A DNA stretch of 64,000 nt from an uncultured Verrucomicrobiae bacterium (GTDB lineage: Bacteria > Verrucomicrobiota > Verrucomicrobiia > Chthoniobacterales > JAFAMB01), in the NCBI GenBank assembly GCA_963837955.1, contig CAWIPH010000002.1:4192001-4256000 (forward strand), given 5' to 3'. The notes beneath the pieces were generated by a model. That model worked only from the letters and a program-made list of their open reading frames with translations. It was not told the origin of the DNA and made no database searches. The position numbers were made by a program, and so were the translations under genes. Positions 28,208 through 39,722 of the stretch are shown here, piece by piece. How positions within the stretch are numbered: position 1 is the stretch's first letter; each line of letters starts with the position of its first letter.

Positions 28208-28347
28208 AATAAAATCGTGGGCGCCCAAAATTGGACTGCCCTCGCCTGTCCTTAGAGACTTGGATCTAAAGGATGATCTTATCTCGCGGGCATCTGCATT
28301 AATTATCTTTGTTGAATTGCCTCATTTATCGGCATCCGCCGTCCTAA

Positions 28348-29999
<1,652 letters not shown>

Positions 30000-30005
30000 G
30001 TCTTT

Positions 30006-31235
30006 TCAACCTCGAGATTGCGCCGGCTGTAGATGCCACGTCTCCAAAGCTTCTCGATACGCTGATTCAAGCCGGCTGACTTGGCGAGATTGCTCGAAAG
30101 TTTCTGATACCTGGTAAGAAGCCGCTTTTCCAAGCTGACGCCACAATTCCGGATCAGAAGCCAATTTGACGAGTGCTGCGGCGAGACCCGGAACATCCTT
30201 TTCGGCCACCAAGTAGCCATGTCGGCCATCCTCAACCGCCTCCGGGATCCCGCCATGCCGGGTCGCGGCCACCGGCAATCCAGTAGCCATCGCCTCCAGC
30301 ATAGAATTCGGTACACCTTCCTGATTACCGTCTTCGGTGATGTGACTTGGGTGTACAAAAATATGCGCCCGCTCGAAAAGCGATCGGAGTCGAGCCTGAT
30401 CTAAAAAACCGGCCATTGTGACCGAGTTCTCCATTTGCAACTCCCGAATCTTATTCTCGATCGATCCATGGAGCGGTCCGTCGCCGGCAATCGTTAAATG
30501 AGCTAAGGGATATTTTTGCCGAAAGAGGCGAAACGCCTCTAGCGCGGTAAATAGTCCTTTTTTCGCAACCAGGCGGCAAGCCTGGATAAGCGACCAGCGT
30601 CCACTAACAGGAAAAGAGCGCTCCACCAAAGGAAAACCGTCGAGGGGAATGCCCGTTCGGTTCATCCGGATTTTTTGGGGATCACATCCGAGTTGCTGCA
30701 ATCGCTCCGCGATCGAATGGCTGCGAACCAACGTCAAAGGCACCAGTTGAAGTAACTCTCGTAACCGTTCCTCATAGCCCTTTTCCTTTGGCCGGTTCTG
30801 TACATCCATACCGTGGAAAGAGACGATACACGGTCGATCCCACCTCCGGATGAGCGGTAGAAGATGGACTCCGGTATTTCCAAAATAGATATGCATCAAA
30901 GCAGGGTCGCGCCGAATCAGAATCTTTCGACTCGCTTCATACTCGCCGCGGTAGAGCAAGGGCGGTCTTCTTTTCAGATATTTAAGGTACCCGCGCCGGA
31001 GCCAGCCCTGACGAGCGGGCGACAACATTTCAATGTCGCGAAATGGAAACAGGTCCGCATTCTGGCGGAATTTCGTGATTACAAACGTCTCAAAATTTAC
31101 CAGACCCGTAATCTGTCGGTAGATGTGCTGCATCTCGCCTTTAAGAAAAAAAGTACAATAACTGGCGACAACCGGTTTCGAAGGGTTCGAGGAGTTCAAG
31201 GAGTTTTGAAATTGCAAAATCGGTGGTGTGTACAC
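30006..31235 (-). CDS. GT4 glycosyltransferase (WcaL-like)
   Basis: RLVAKKG, EGVPNSMLEAMATGLPV, HGGIPEAV; start uncertain. Confidence 0.92.
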   Translation of the reverse strand: MYTPPILQFQNSLNSSNPSKPVVASYCTFFLKGEMQHIYRQITGLVNFETFVITKFRQNADLFPFRDIEMLSPARQGWLRRGYLKYLKRRPPLLYRGEYEASRKILIRRDPALMHIYFGNTGVHLLPLIRRWDRPCIVSFHGMDVQNRPKEKGYEERLRELLQLVPLTLVRSHSIAERLQQLGCDPQKIRMNRTGIPLDGFPLVERSFPVSGRWSLIQACRLVAKKGLFTALEAFRLFRQKYPLAHLTIAGDGPLHGSIENKIRELQMENSVTMAGFLDQARLRSLFERAHIFVHPSHITEDGNQEGVPNSMLEAMATGLPVAATRHGGIPEAVEDGRHGYLVAEKDVPGLAAALVKLASDPELWRQLGKAASYQVSETFEQSRQVSRLESAYREALETWHLQPAQSRG

Positions 31236-31335
31236 AAATGCCCTATTCCGATAGCCTGAACCACGTTGACCCTAAGACGACCAAATCGGGCGTCTCAATT
31301 CTGTAACTCCTGAACTCCTGGTACTAGTATCCAGC

Positions 31336-32223
31336 ATGGCCACGCTCCAGAACAGAATCGCAATCGTATACGATTATGATCAGACGCTAAGTCCTGCCTA
31401 CATGCAAGACGATGTGATTTTCCCGGCATTCGGCATTAACAGCGAAAAATTCTGGCGCCGATGCGCCGAGCTGGTGCAAACACAGAATTTTGATCAGGAA
31501 CTAGCGTACATGAAATGCCTTCTTGACTACCTGGCGTTGGATCGCCCAACCAATCAGCAGCTCCGAGAACTAGGCGCCAAAATGCAACTTTATAACGGCC
31601 TGCCCGAGATGTTCGAAGAATTCTCAGTCGGATTGTTGTCGTCAGATCACCTGGCATCCGGAATCCAAGTGGAACACTACGTGGTTTCATCTGGGCTGAA
31701 GATTTTGATCGAGGGGAGCAAGATCCGTCCCTATTTACGTGCAGTGTTTGGTTGCGAGTACGCTGAGGATCCCGACGGCCGGATCACTTTCCCGAAAAGG
31801 GTGATCAGTCACACCCAAAAGACGCAGTATCTTTTTCGAATCAACAAAGGCCTTCTGGATCTAGCTCAAGATGTAAACGACCACATGCCGGATGATATCC
31901 GCCCGATCCCCTTTCCTAACATGATTTACGTGGGAGACGGACCCACAGATGTCCCCTGTTTCACGATCATCAAGAAGAATGGCGGTCAAGCTATTGCAGT
32001 TTACAATCCAGACGACCAGGAGCGATCGAGCTTCCGGAAATGCTTCGACCTAGCGACGCGAGCGGATCGTGTCCGTCATATCGCTCCCGCCGATTATCGA
32101 ACCAATAGCCATCTCCGGCTTTTGCTTGAAGAAATGGTGCGCGAAATTGCTGATCGAATGTTGGCCGACCGGAAAGTCGCCAGCGAAATTGGTCTTGTGC
32201 GCGCGCCCAAACACGCTATTTGA
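31336..32223 (+). CDS. HAD-like hydrolase
   Basis: YDYDQTL, VSSG, KTQYLFRINKG, YVGDGPTDVPC. Confidence 0.88.
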   Translation: MATLQNRIAIVYDYDQTLSPAYMQDDVIFPAFGINSEKFWRRCAELVQTQNFDQELAYMKCLLDYLALDRPTNQQLRELGAKMQLYNGLPEMFEEFSVGLLSSDHLASGIQVEHYVVSSGLKILIEGSKIRPYLRAVFGCEYAEDPDGRITFPKRVISHTQKTQYLFRINKGLLDLAQDVNDHMPDDIRPIPFPNMIYVGDGPTDVPCFTIIKKNGGQAIAVYNPDDQERSSFRKCFDLATRADRVRHIAPADYRTNSHLRLLLEEMVREIADRMLADRKVASEIGLVRAPKHAI

Positions 32224-32237
32224 TCTCGGAGAATCGC

Positions 32238-33995
32238 CTATCGACCGGCGCTCTTCCGCTTATTGGCGATCACCTTGTCGATGCGGCCAAGCGGCAAGCA
32301 ATTGATCACGTCCTCGCGTTGCAGCCATCCCTTTCTCGCGATTTGGACGCCAAACCATAGATCTTCAAATCCGGCCATCGAGTGAGCATCCGGATTGATC
32401 GAACAGAGAACCCCTTTGGCTTTCGCCAACCGCCAAAAGCGCCAATCTAAATCCAACCGGCGCGGATTGCAGTTCAACTCAATGATAGTTTTTGTTTCTG
32501 CGGCAGCTTCGATGATAGCCGGAAGATCGACCTCCGACGCCTCGCGCGATAGCAACAGGCGACCGGTCGGATGCCCCAACATCGTGACAAACGGGTTCTG
32601 CATTGCCCGAATCATCCGCTCAGTCATATCCCTCTCAGTCAGTGTCATCGCGGCGTGAACGCTCGCCACAACGAAATCGAGCTGGCCGAGAATTTCATCC
32701 CCAAAGTCAAGCGTGCCATCTCTCAGAATGTCACATTCGACACCAGCAAAAATTTTGAAATCATCGCGGAATCCCTCGTTGAGTTCCTTGATCTTCGCGA
32801 CCTGTTCCATTAGCCGCTTTTCGTCAAGGCCGTGAGCCTGAAACGAACTCTTGCTGTGGTCGGCGATGCCTAAGTACTGCAAACCAAGGTCGCGCGCAGC
32901 CTTCGCCATTTCCTCCAAAGAATTTCTACCATCACTAGCGTGCGTATGATTGTGAAATGTGCCGCGAAGATTATTCCACTCGATGAGACGAGGCAGTTCG
33001 TTGCGCTCAGCCGCATCAATCTCGCCGTTAGCCTCCCGCAGTTCAGGCGGAATAAAGGCCAATCCAAGGGCCCGATAAAGATCTTCTTCGGTATGGATCG
33101 GAGGAATCGGCTCGGATTTACCTTTCGCTCCCGGGTCTGGTCCAAGGCGATATTCGTTGAGGGTCCAACCACGTTGAAGCGCTCTTCCGCGAAGGGCCAC
33201 ATTGTGCTCTTTGCTGCCGGTGAAATAGGCTGATGCAAATGGGAACTCGTGATTTGCTACTACCCGCAAGTCGGCCTGCATGCCGTTTTTCAGGATCACG
33301 CTAGTTTTAGTATCCCCTTTCGCCAGGACCCGTTCGATCAACTGACAAGTAAGAAAATGCTCGGTGATCCTAGCCGGTTCCTTAGTAGCAACGAGCAGAT
33401 CAAGATCTCCAATGGTCTCTTTTGATCGGCGCAGGCTACCGGCTGTGCTAATCTGCGAGACATCTCGGTGATCCTTAAAGTGGGCCAGTAATTGATCTGC
33501 CATTGCGGTTGCCTCTGATAGCAGATATCGCCCCGAACGCTTGGCTCGCCGCTCGATTGATCGCAGCAAGTTATCTGCAGTCTTATCACCGAAACCGGCT
33601 AGTTCAGCAACCCGGCCGTCGCGGCAAGCAACTTCCAGCTCTTCGATGCTTTTCACCTGGAGCTTCTCCCAGAGTACCTTGATCTTCTTGCCAGCCAGCC
33701 CCTGCAGCTCGAACAGCTCAAACAAAGAGGCCGGAAAGTCAGCCTGAAGTTTTTCGAAATAAACCAGTTTCCCGGTCAATGCATACTCGGAGATTTTCTT
33801 TGCGATCGCATCACCGATCCCATCCAACTCTTTCAACCCACCCTCTTCCACCAGCTTCGGAAAATTCCCAGAATAGGTCTCCAACGCCCGGGCGGCATTC
33901 GTATACGCTCGAATCTTGAAAGGGTTTTCTCCCTTCAGCTCGAGATACTGAGCGATCGTCTCCAAAAGATCGATTGTCTGTTCCTTTGTGACCAT
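32238..33995 (-). CDS. polX: DNA polymerase X with C-terminal PHP domain
   Basis: GENPFKIRAY, GSLRR..ETIGDLD, ADLR, FTGSKEHN; PHP motifs HNH, DHS, HPTGR, DAH intact. Confidence 0.97.
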   Translation of the reverse strand: MVTKEQTIDLLETIAQYLELKGENPFKIRAYTNAARALETYSGNFPKLVEEGGLKELDGIGDAIAKKISEYALTGKLVYFEKLQADFPASLFELFELQGLAGKKIKVLWEKLQVKSIEELEVACRDGRVAELAGFGDKTADNLLRSIERRAKRSGRYLLSEATAMADQLLAHFKDHRDVSQISTAGSLRRSKETIGDLDLLVATKEPARITEHFLTCQLIERVLAKGDTKTSVILKNGMQADLRVVANHEFPFASAYFTGSKEHNVALRGRALQRGWTLNEYRLGPDPGAKGKSEPIPPIHTEEDLYRALGLAFIPPELREANGEIDAAERNELPRLIEWNNLRGTFHNHTHASDGRNSLEEMAKAARDLGLQYLGIADHSKSSFQAHGLDEKRLMEQVAKIKELNEGFRDDFKIFAGVECDILRDGTLDFGDEILGQLDFVVASVHAAMTLTERDMTERMIRAMQNPFVTMLGHPTGRLLLSREASEVDLPAIIEAAAETKTIIELNCNPRRLDLDWRFWRLAKAKGVLCSINPDAHSMAGFEDLWFGVQIARKGWLQREDVINCLPLGRIDKVIANKRKSAGR

Positions 33996-33999
33996 GAGT

Positions 34000-34455
34000 T
34001 TATCTTGATGGAATACCTTCCACCTTCGCTCCGTCCTTTATTTGATGACGATCAAACCAACCCGCGTTTACCTCAATAGCATAGCGAATTTTATCGGTGC
34101 GACTCTGGACCAGTGTCTCGTCATGGGGTTGCATCAACTTTTTTTCGCTTATTAACCGATCATCCTCTAGAAACGCGATCGATAGCGGAATCCTCGTATT
34201 TTTCATCCAGAACGAGGCTTGCCTCGGCTGATCGAAAATGAAGAGCATTCCATGATCCTCAGGAAGTGAATCCCGAAACATCAGGCCCATTGCTCGGGAT
34301 TGTTCGTCTTCAGCCAACTCGGCCTTCAGAGGGACACCACCCACGACTAAATCTACTGTGCGCAGTCCGAAGGGCTCCGCCTGCCTGGAATTGCAGGCAG
34401 CGAAAACCAGGGAGAAAAGGACGAGATAAATCCAGCGATTAAGTGAGCGCGGCAC
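34000..34455 (-). CDS. DUF192-family protein (probable lipoprotein)
   Basis: GLMFR, GMLFIF, FWMKNTRIPLSIAF, AIEVNAG; lipobox-like FAAC. Confidence 0.92.
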   Translation of the reverse strand: MPRSLNRWIYLVLFSLVFAACNSRQAEPFGLRTVDLVVGGVPLKAELAEDEQSRAMGLMFRDSLPEDHGMLFIFDQPRQASFWMKNTRIPLSIAFLEDDRLISEKKLMQPHDETLVQSRTDKIRYAIEVNAGWFDRHQIKDGAKVEGIPSR

Positions 34456-35584
34456 GATAGATTTCTGATTTAATGTTCAAAGCGACTCTAAAAGCCTCGT
34501 CCAGCGTCGGCCCGAGCACACAGTAATGACCCATCTTGCGCCCAACTCTACCTTCCAGTTTGCCGTACAAATGCAACTTGGCTCGAGGCTGAGCCAAGAT
34601 CGCTGACCAGTCAGGAGGTCTGCTATCCTTCCAGAGATCGCCCAGGAGGTTTACCATGACCGTCGGCACAAGCAACTCTGGCGATCCAAACGGATGACCG
34701 CAGACCGCCCGCAGTTGCTGTTCAAACTGGCTCGTGACGCAAGCGTCGAATGTGTAGTGGCCGGAATTATGCGGCCGCGGAGCCAACTCATTGACTAGTA
34801 ATTTACCTTCAGACGTGATGAAAAACTCCACGGCAATCAGACCAACGACCTCCAAATCCGTGGCTATGGACCGGGCCACCTCGGATGCTTCTCGTTGAAT
34901 CTGCTCTGGGACGCGAGCCGGAATCACGGAGTAGTCCAAAATGTGATGAGAATGAACATTCTCGGCTGCCGGGAAAGTACAGAGCTCACCGTCAGCGCCT
35001 CGAGCAGCGATTACCGAGAGTTCGCATCGAAAATCAATCCAGCGTTCCAGAACCGCTTTGCCACCCGCAAACGGAGTAAAATCTGCATCGGCAGCCGATC
35101 CGATCTTTTGCTGCCCCTTGCCATCATAGCCAAAATCGGCCGTTTTCAAGACCGCCGGGCAACCTATCTCTTCCAGCCCGACTTTGAGTTCGTCTTCGTT
35201 TCTAACGATGCGGAAAGGCGCGATTGGATAACCTTTTGTCCGCAAAAAATTCTTCTCCCTCTCTCGATTCTGGCAAATATGGAGAACTTCCGATCGAGGA
35301 TGGATCGGTTTCTTAGTGGCGATCCGATCGATGACTTCGGCAGGTATATTCTCAAACTCAAAGGTGACCACGTCGACCGAGTCGAGAAACTCGGCGATCG
35401 CAGCCTCGTCCGTGTAGGATCCGGTGAATTCACGGTCAGAAATCTGTCCGGCAGGGCTATCAGGGGAAGCTTCGTAAGTGTGAACCCTGTAACCTAGGCG
35501 ACGGGCAGCAATTCCAAACATTCGACCGAGCTGGCCTCCTCCGAGCACGCCAATCGTCGCACCGGGCGCAATTCTATCAATCAT
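34439..35584 (-). CDS. purK: N5-carboxyaminoimidazole ribonucleotide synthase
   Basis: GGGQLGRM, TFEFEN, GYDGKGQ, NELAPRPHNSGH, SQFEQ, HLYGK...RKMGH; ATG at 35584. Confidence 0.97.
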   Translation of the reverse strand: MIDRIAPGATIGVLGGGQLGRMFGIAARRLGYRVHTYEASPDSPAGQISDREFTGSYTDEAAIAEFLDSVDVVTFEFENIPAEVIDRIATKKPIHPRSEVLHICQNREREKNFLRTKGYPIAPFRIVRNEDELKVGLEEIGCPAVLKTADFGYDGKGQQKIGSAADADFTPFAGGKAVLERWIDFRCELSVIAARGADGELCTFPAAENVHSHHILDYSVIPARVPEQIQREASEVARSIATDLEVVGLIAVEFFITSEGKLLVNELAPRPHNSGHYTFDACVTSQFEQQLRAVCGHPFGSPELLVPTVMVNLLGDLWKDSRPPDWSAILAQPRAKLHLYGKLEGRVGRKMGHYCVLGPTLDEAFRVALNIKSEIYRAALT

Positions 35585-35868
35585 CTCAGGACTCTTGGGG
35601 GAAGAGGTGCCTCTGCACAACGAAAAGTTTGTTCCGACTTGCCGAGGGTATTAATGCTGCCCTCGACTGGTAACGGCGACTGTCCGGCTAGCTCAAACGG
35701 GCGCCATGTCGTGAACCTTGCGCGAAAGGAATCAATCGGGCCTAACCATTCGGCGCAGTCGCCCATTGCCTTTTGCACGAATAGCGACTGCGTTTTGTGA
35801 TTTGGCGGAATATGGCGCTTCGCGCCCAGGATTGATTCTCTACGCGGTTCATGCTTAAAGGAGGCACC

Positions 35869-36387
35869 ATGTTGTCCGAGTGGCAGATCAAGTCGCGCGC
35901 TCACACCTGCGCGAGGACCCAAGCCTCTTTTTCCGACGGTGAAGTGATTTACACGCTCCTTTTCCGGGATCAGTCCGGTTTTCGACGTGAAGACATCTCT
36001 GAAAAGGCGTGGCACTCATCTCGGGAGACGGTCCAACCTTTTTCCTTCTGGAAATCTACCTACGAAACTCCACCGGCCGCTCCGCCTGAACCACTGCCAA
36101 AGGAGTCGGTCGAAGAACACTTGCGGCAGCTCATCCAGGAAGACCACCCGGAAAAGATCAACGCCCGTTACATCTTGGCGCTCATGCTCGAGCGGAAAAA
36201 GACTCTAAAACAAGTCGATATCCGTGAAACCGGCGTTGAGCGGATTTTGATCTATGAGCACGCGAAAACCGGGGAGGTCTTTCTCATTTTGGATCCGAAG
36301 TTGCGCTTGGATCAGGTCGACGCGGTCCAAAATGAAGTCTATGCATTCCTCGCTCCCCGAGATCAATCCCTCCAACCCGAGCAATAA
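35869..36387 (+). CDS. Hypothetical protein
   Basis: Clean ORF with GAGG before ATG 35869; globular composition; function not recognised. Confidence 0.75.
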   Translation: MLSEWQIKSRAHTCARTQASFSDGEVIYTLLFRDQSGFRREDISEKAWHSSRETVQPFSFWKSTYETPPAAPPEPLPKESVEEHLRQLIQEDHPEKINARYILALMLERKKTLKQVDIRETGVERILIYEHAKTGEVFLILDPKLRLDQVDAVQNEVYAFLAPRDQSLQPEQ

Positions 36388-36577
36388 GGCCTTGACCAGG
36401 ATTTACCTGGGACAGCCAACCTGGAAAAGAGTTCCGGAAGTCTTGGCGAGCAAGCTTCCGACGCTTTGGGAGCGATGCTTTCGGCCCAGCACATGCAAAT
36501 TTGACAAGAATGCGGTGGTAGAATCCTGCAACTTTCGTCGAGCGTTGCATCCAGATGATTGTCCAATAAATTAATAT

Positions 36578-37318
36578 ATGCCGTCCAGTAATCCCGTCTT
36601 GAACCAATCCACGTTTGCGAAGCCAGCGACCGGCGTCGATGCCCGGCCAATGACGCTGGAAGGCGTGGTTCATCGAACACTGCTGTTTTTGCTGCTGGCC
36701 GTCGGTACCGCCGCAGCTACTTGGATTTTCCTGAGCACGCATGAAACCGCGACTATGCCAGTTTTGATGGTCGGCATGATCGGTGGCCTTGGCGCCGCTA
36801 TCGTGGCGACTCTCAATAAAAGATCTGTCCCGATCACCGGCACGATCTACGTCCTCTTTGAGGGGCTCGTCCTGGGGGCGATTACCTTGTATTTTGAGAG
36901 AGCATTCCCCGGGATCGCCGTGCAAGCGGTTTGCTTGACGTTTGGTATCTCGTTCGCATTGCTCGGAGCCTATCAATTTGGCTGGATCAAGGTCACGCAG
37001 ACTTTCCGGTCAATCGTGATCTGTGCAACCGGCGGCGTTTTCTTGATCTATTTAATCAGCATGCTCTGCCGTCTGTTTTTTCACTTTTCAATTCCGCTGA
37101 TTTACAGTTCCGGACCAGTTGGCATTATCTTTAGTCTGTTCGTCATTGCTCTGGCTTCGATGAACCTCGTCTTGGATTTTGAATTCGTAGCGACCGGAGT
37201 TGCCAACCGGGCACCAAAATGGATGGAGTGGTACGCTGCCTTCTCTTTGATGGTGACCCTGATTTGGCTCTACCTGGAGATCTTGCGTCTGCTCGCGAAA
37301 CTTACCCGCAACCGCTGA
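36578..37318 (+). CDS. Bax inhibitor-1/YccA-like membrane protein
   Basis: SSNPVL, MTLEGV, 7 TM, LVLDF, APKWMEWY, LIWLYLEILRLL. Confidence 0.9.
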   Translation: MPSSNPVLNQSTFAKPATGVDARPMTLEGVVHRTLLFLLLAVGTAAATWIFLSTHETATMPVLMVGMIGGLGAAIVATLNKRSVPITGTIYVLFEGLVLGAITLYFERAFPGIAVQAVCLTFGISFALLGAYQFGWIKVTQTFRSIVICATGGVFLIYLISMLCRLFFHFSIPLIYSSGPVGIIFSLFVIALASMNLVLDFEFVATGVANRAPKWMEWYAAFSLMVTLIWLYLEILRLLAKLTRNR

Positions 37319-37343
37319 GATCAGGTCAGCTGCTTTCCCAAGG

Positions 37344-37590
37344 TTAAAACCCCGGGCTGGAGGGATCGCAGCCTGTCCGACATAGCTTTTGGTGCATCGC
37401 GCTCAACGACCGTGCGCTTTTGCGACGTCGGATCCTCGCGATCCGCGGCGCACGAGGACGTTGCGCCCTCCCCTCCGGGGCAGAGAACCTGACATCAGCC
37501 TGTGTGGAAGCAGTTGCGCTCCCTGCGGGGCGCCACCGGCTTGGGTCCGGCCGAATCGGGCGCTGGCGACGCCTCACCCTAGAGGCTCAG
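37344..37590. repeat. Cluster of REP-like GC-rich palindromes between convergent genes
   Basis: GGAGGG (37359) / CCCTCC (to 37471) arms enclosing TCCGAC...GTCGGA and TCCTCG...CGAGGA hairpins; shares a motif with 12560-12571. Confidence 0.6.
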
Positions 37591-37605
37591 CCAAAATTAG
37601 GGTTG

Positions 37606-38187
37606 CTAATTTGAACTTGCCGAGGCCGCGGGCTCCGACTCAAGCCCATCTTTTCTGGCGCACCGACCTCGCTCCAGAAGCTCCAGACAAGCGGCCTCAA
37701 CGCGAATGGCAAGCTTTAGCGGCTTAAAGCCCAAGCTGTTTGCTAAAAATCGTTCCCGCAATGTGATGCACTCGTCTTGAACTTGGAGTACCTGGCCGCA
37801 ATCCGCGCAGACAATATGAAACGCTGCCGGCGATTGTTCACGATTGACTTCGTAATACCGATGCTCACGGTTCAGCTCCACTTCCCGGATTAACCGGCTG
37901 TCCAGTAGCATCGGCAAAGTGCGGTAGACGGTCGCGAGCGAAATCAGCCGGTCGATCTTCCGAGCTGCGGAAAGAAGGTCCTCCGCATTAAACGGCTCAG
38001 CGAACAAGATGGCGGCCCGAACGATCACCTCCCGAGGCTTCGTGACTCGGAATCCGCTCCCTCGCAAATAAGCCAACGCCTCCTGGAAAAGCGCATCTGG
38101 ATGCTTTTGGGTTCGAGCCGATCCGCCAAGCGGGTCAGGATTGCCCGGCCGTCGCACCGGGAAAACCCCCGGCGAAATTCTATGCAT
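37606..38187 (-). CDS. Fur-family transcriptional regulator
   Basis: GFRVTKPR, ISLATVYRTL, HIVCADCG; start uncertain (38214 or 38187). Confidence 0.9.
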   Translation of the reverse strand: MHRISPGVFPVRRPGNPDPLGGSARTQKHPDALFQEALAYLRGSGFRVTKPREVIVRAAILFAEPFNAEDLLSAARKIDRLISLATVYRTLPMLLDSRLIREVELNREHRYYEVNREQSPAAFHIVCADCGQVLQVQDECITLRERFLANSLGFKPLKLAIRVEAACLELLERGRCARKDGLESEPAASASSN

Positions 38188-38320
38188 TGCGCATTCGGTA
38201 CGCTCGAAAGTCATATGCTCTTACCTCTAAGCTGCCTTCCCGACCACATCCCCCAATCTATGCACCGGAAGCATGTCGAACGCAAACCGATGCAGCCTAG
38301 GAGATTGCCGTGCATATGTC

Positions 38321-39715
38321 TTACCGGAATTTGATGTGCTTCCGCAAAAATGTTGGTACGTCAAGATCTTGCCCGTCCACAATTGTGGGTTCGCTCTTCT
38401 CGAAGCGACCACGGGAAACCGGTTCAAACGCGAGAACCTCCTGTTTCGCTTCGATCTTCTTGACCGGAGGGGTGCGAGACCCTGTCTTCGGTGCGGGTTC
38501 TCTTACTGCCGAGGCCGGCGCATTCTCCTTCTCTTGAAGCGATTCGCACTCAGGGGCAGTGAATTTTTTGAGATCCATCTCCGGCAGAAGTGAGTCCGGC
38601 CGAGCCGGATTTGGCTCCGGCAGTTCGGTCGGATCAACGCGTCCGGGCTCGCCGGCATCGACCACTTCCGCTGACCGTGAGTTCGGCACCCGCTCAGCAA
38701 TGACGCTCGGCCGCAACGCAGGCGTCCCGTTATCCTCGGGACTTCCCAGTGAGCTAATAATGCTCACCGAGAGACGCTGGCCCATCCCCGGATCTACCGC
38801 AATACCCATGAAAAGCTTGGTTCGGTCGTTAATGTGGCGATTCAGTTCTTCCATGATGATTTGCACTTCGCCGAGTGTCACATTATTCCCGCCACGAATG
38901 TAAATAATCGCGTGATACGAATCGTGAAGCATTTCGCCGCGATTCATCAATGGATTCTTCAAAGCTAAGGCCAACGCCTCGTGGGCCCTATTTTCGCCGA
39001 CAGCTTCACCGAACCCGAAAAGCCCGCGGGAATCTTTGCCTCGCAGCACCGCCCGAACGTCGTCAAAGCCGACCTTTAGCAAGCCGGGCCGTCGCAGGAT
39101 AGCGACGATTGCGCGGATGCACCGGCTAATCGTTACGTCGGCCGCTGCAAACGCTTCGTGGATACCCATTCGCGGTAGAGCAATTTCCGCCATCCGGTCA
39201 TTCTCGAAACAAATGACAGCGTCGGCGCTTGACCGCAGTTGCTCCAAGCTTGCTGTGGCTTGTGCACACCGGCGACGGCCCTCGAAAGTAAATGGTAGAG
39301 CCGCTAGTACCAAGACCAGTGCGTTTTCCTCTTTTGCCAACTGAGCAATCCAAGGCGTCGCACCCGAACCTGTTCCCCCACCCAATCCGGCGCAGATGAG
39401 AATGACGTCTCCACCCTTAAGGACCGTCCGAATTTCGTCTGTGGCTTCTTCGGCAGCCGCCAAACCGAGTTCCGGATCGCCGCCAGAACCGAGACCGCGC
39501 GTGAGAGTCCGGCCTAGTTGCACCTTTTGGGTAGCAACCGATCCAGCTAGTGACTGTACGTCGGTATTGACTGCTATGAGCTGAATTTCCTCAGATCCGT
39601 CTAGAACCAGCCGATCCAAAATATTAGAGCCCCCTCCTCCAATGCCGACTACTTTGATGCTAATCGGCGCAGCCGATTTTTCGTCTCGATCATACTGGCG
39701 ATTGAGCTGGACCAT
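38321..39715 (-). CDS. ftsZ: Cell division protein FtsZ (divergent)
   Basis: GIGGGGSN, NTD, GGGTGSG, PFTFEG, C-terminal DLDVPTFLRK; ATG at 39715. Confidence 0.96.
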   Translation of the reverse strand: MVQLNRQYDRDEKSAAPISIKVVGIGGGGSNILDRLVLDGSEEIQLIAVNTDVQSLAGSVATQKVQLGRTLTRGLGSGGDPELGLAAAEEATDEIRTVLKGGDVILICAGLGGGTGSGATPWIAQLAKEENALVLVLAALPFTFEGRRRCAQATASLEQLRSSADAVICFENDRMAEIALPRMGIHEAFAAADVTISRCIRAIVAILRRPGLLKVGFDDVRAVLRGKDSRGLFGFGEAVGENRAHEALALALKNPLMNRGEMLHDSYHAIIYIRGGNNVTLGEVQIIMEELNRHINDRTKLFMGIAVDPGMGQRLSVSIISSLGSPEDNGTPALRPSVIAERVPNSRSAEVVDAGEPGRVDPTELPEPNPARPDSLLPEMDLKKFTAPECESLQEKENAPASAVREPAPKTGSRTPPVKKIEAKQEVLAFEPVSRGRFEKSEPTIVDGQDLDVPTFLRKHIKFR

Positions 39716-39722
39716 ATGCTTT

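Noticed and set aside
35585..35850. ZTP or purine riboswitch upstream of purK
   Set aside because: Could not find the conserved consensus by eye
36284..36976. 230-aa minus-strand ORF
   Set aside because: Overlaps two credible + strand genes; shadow ORF
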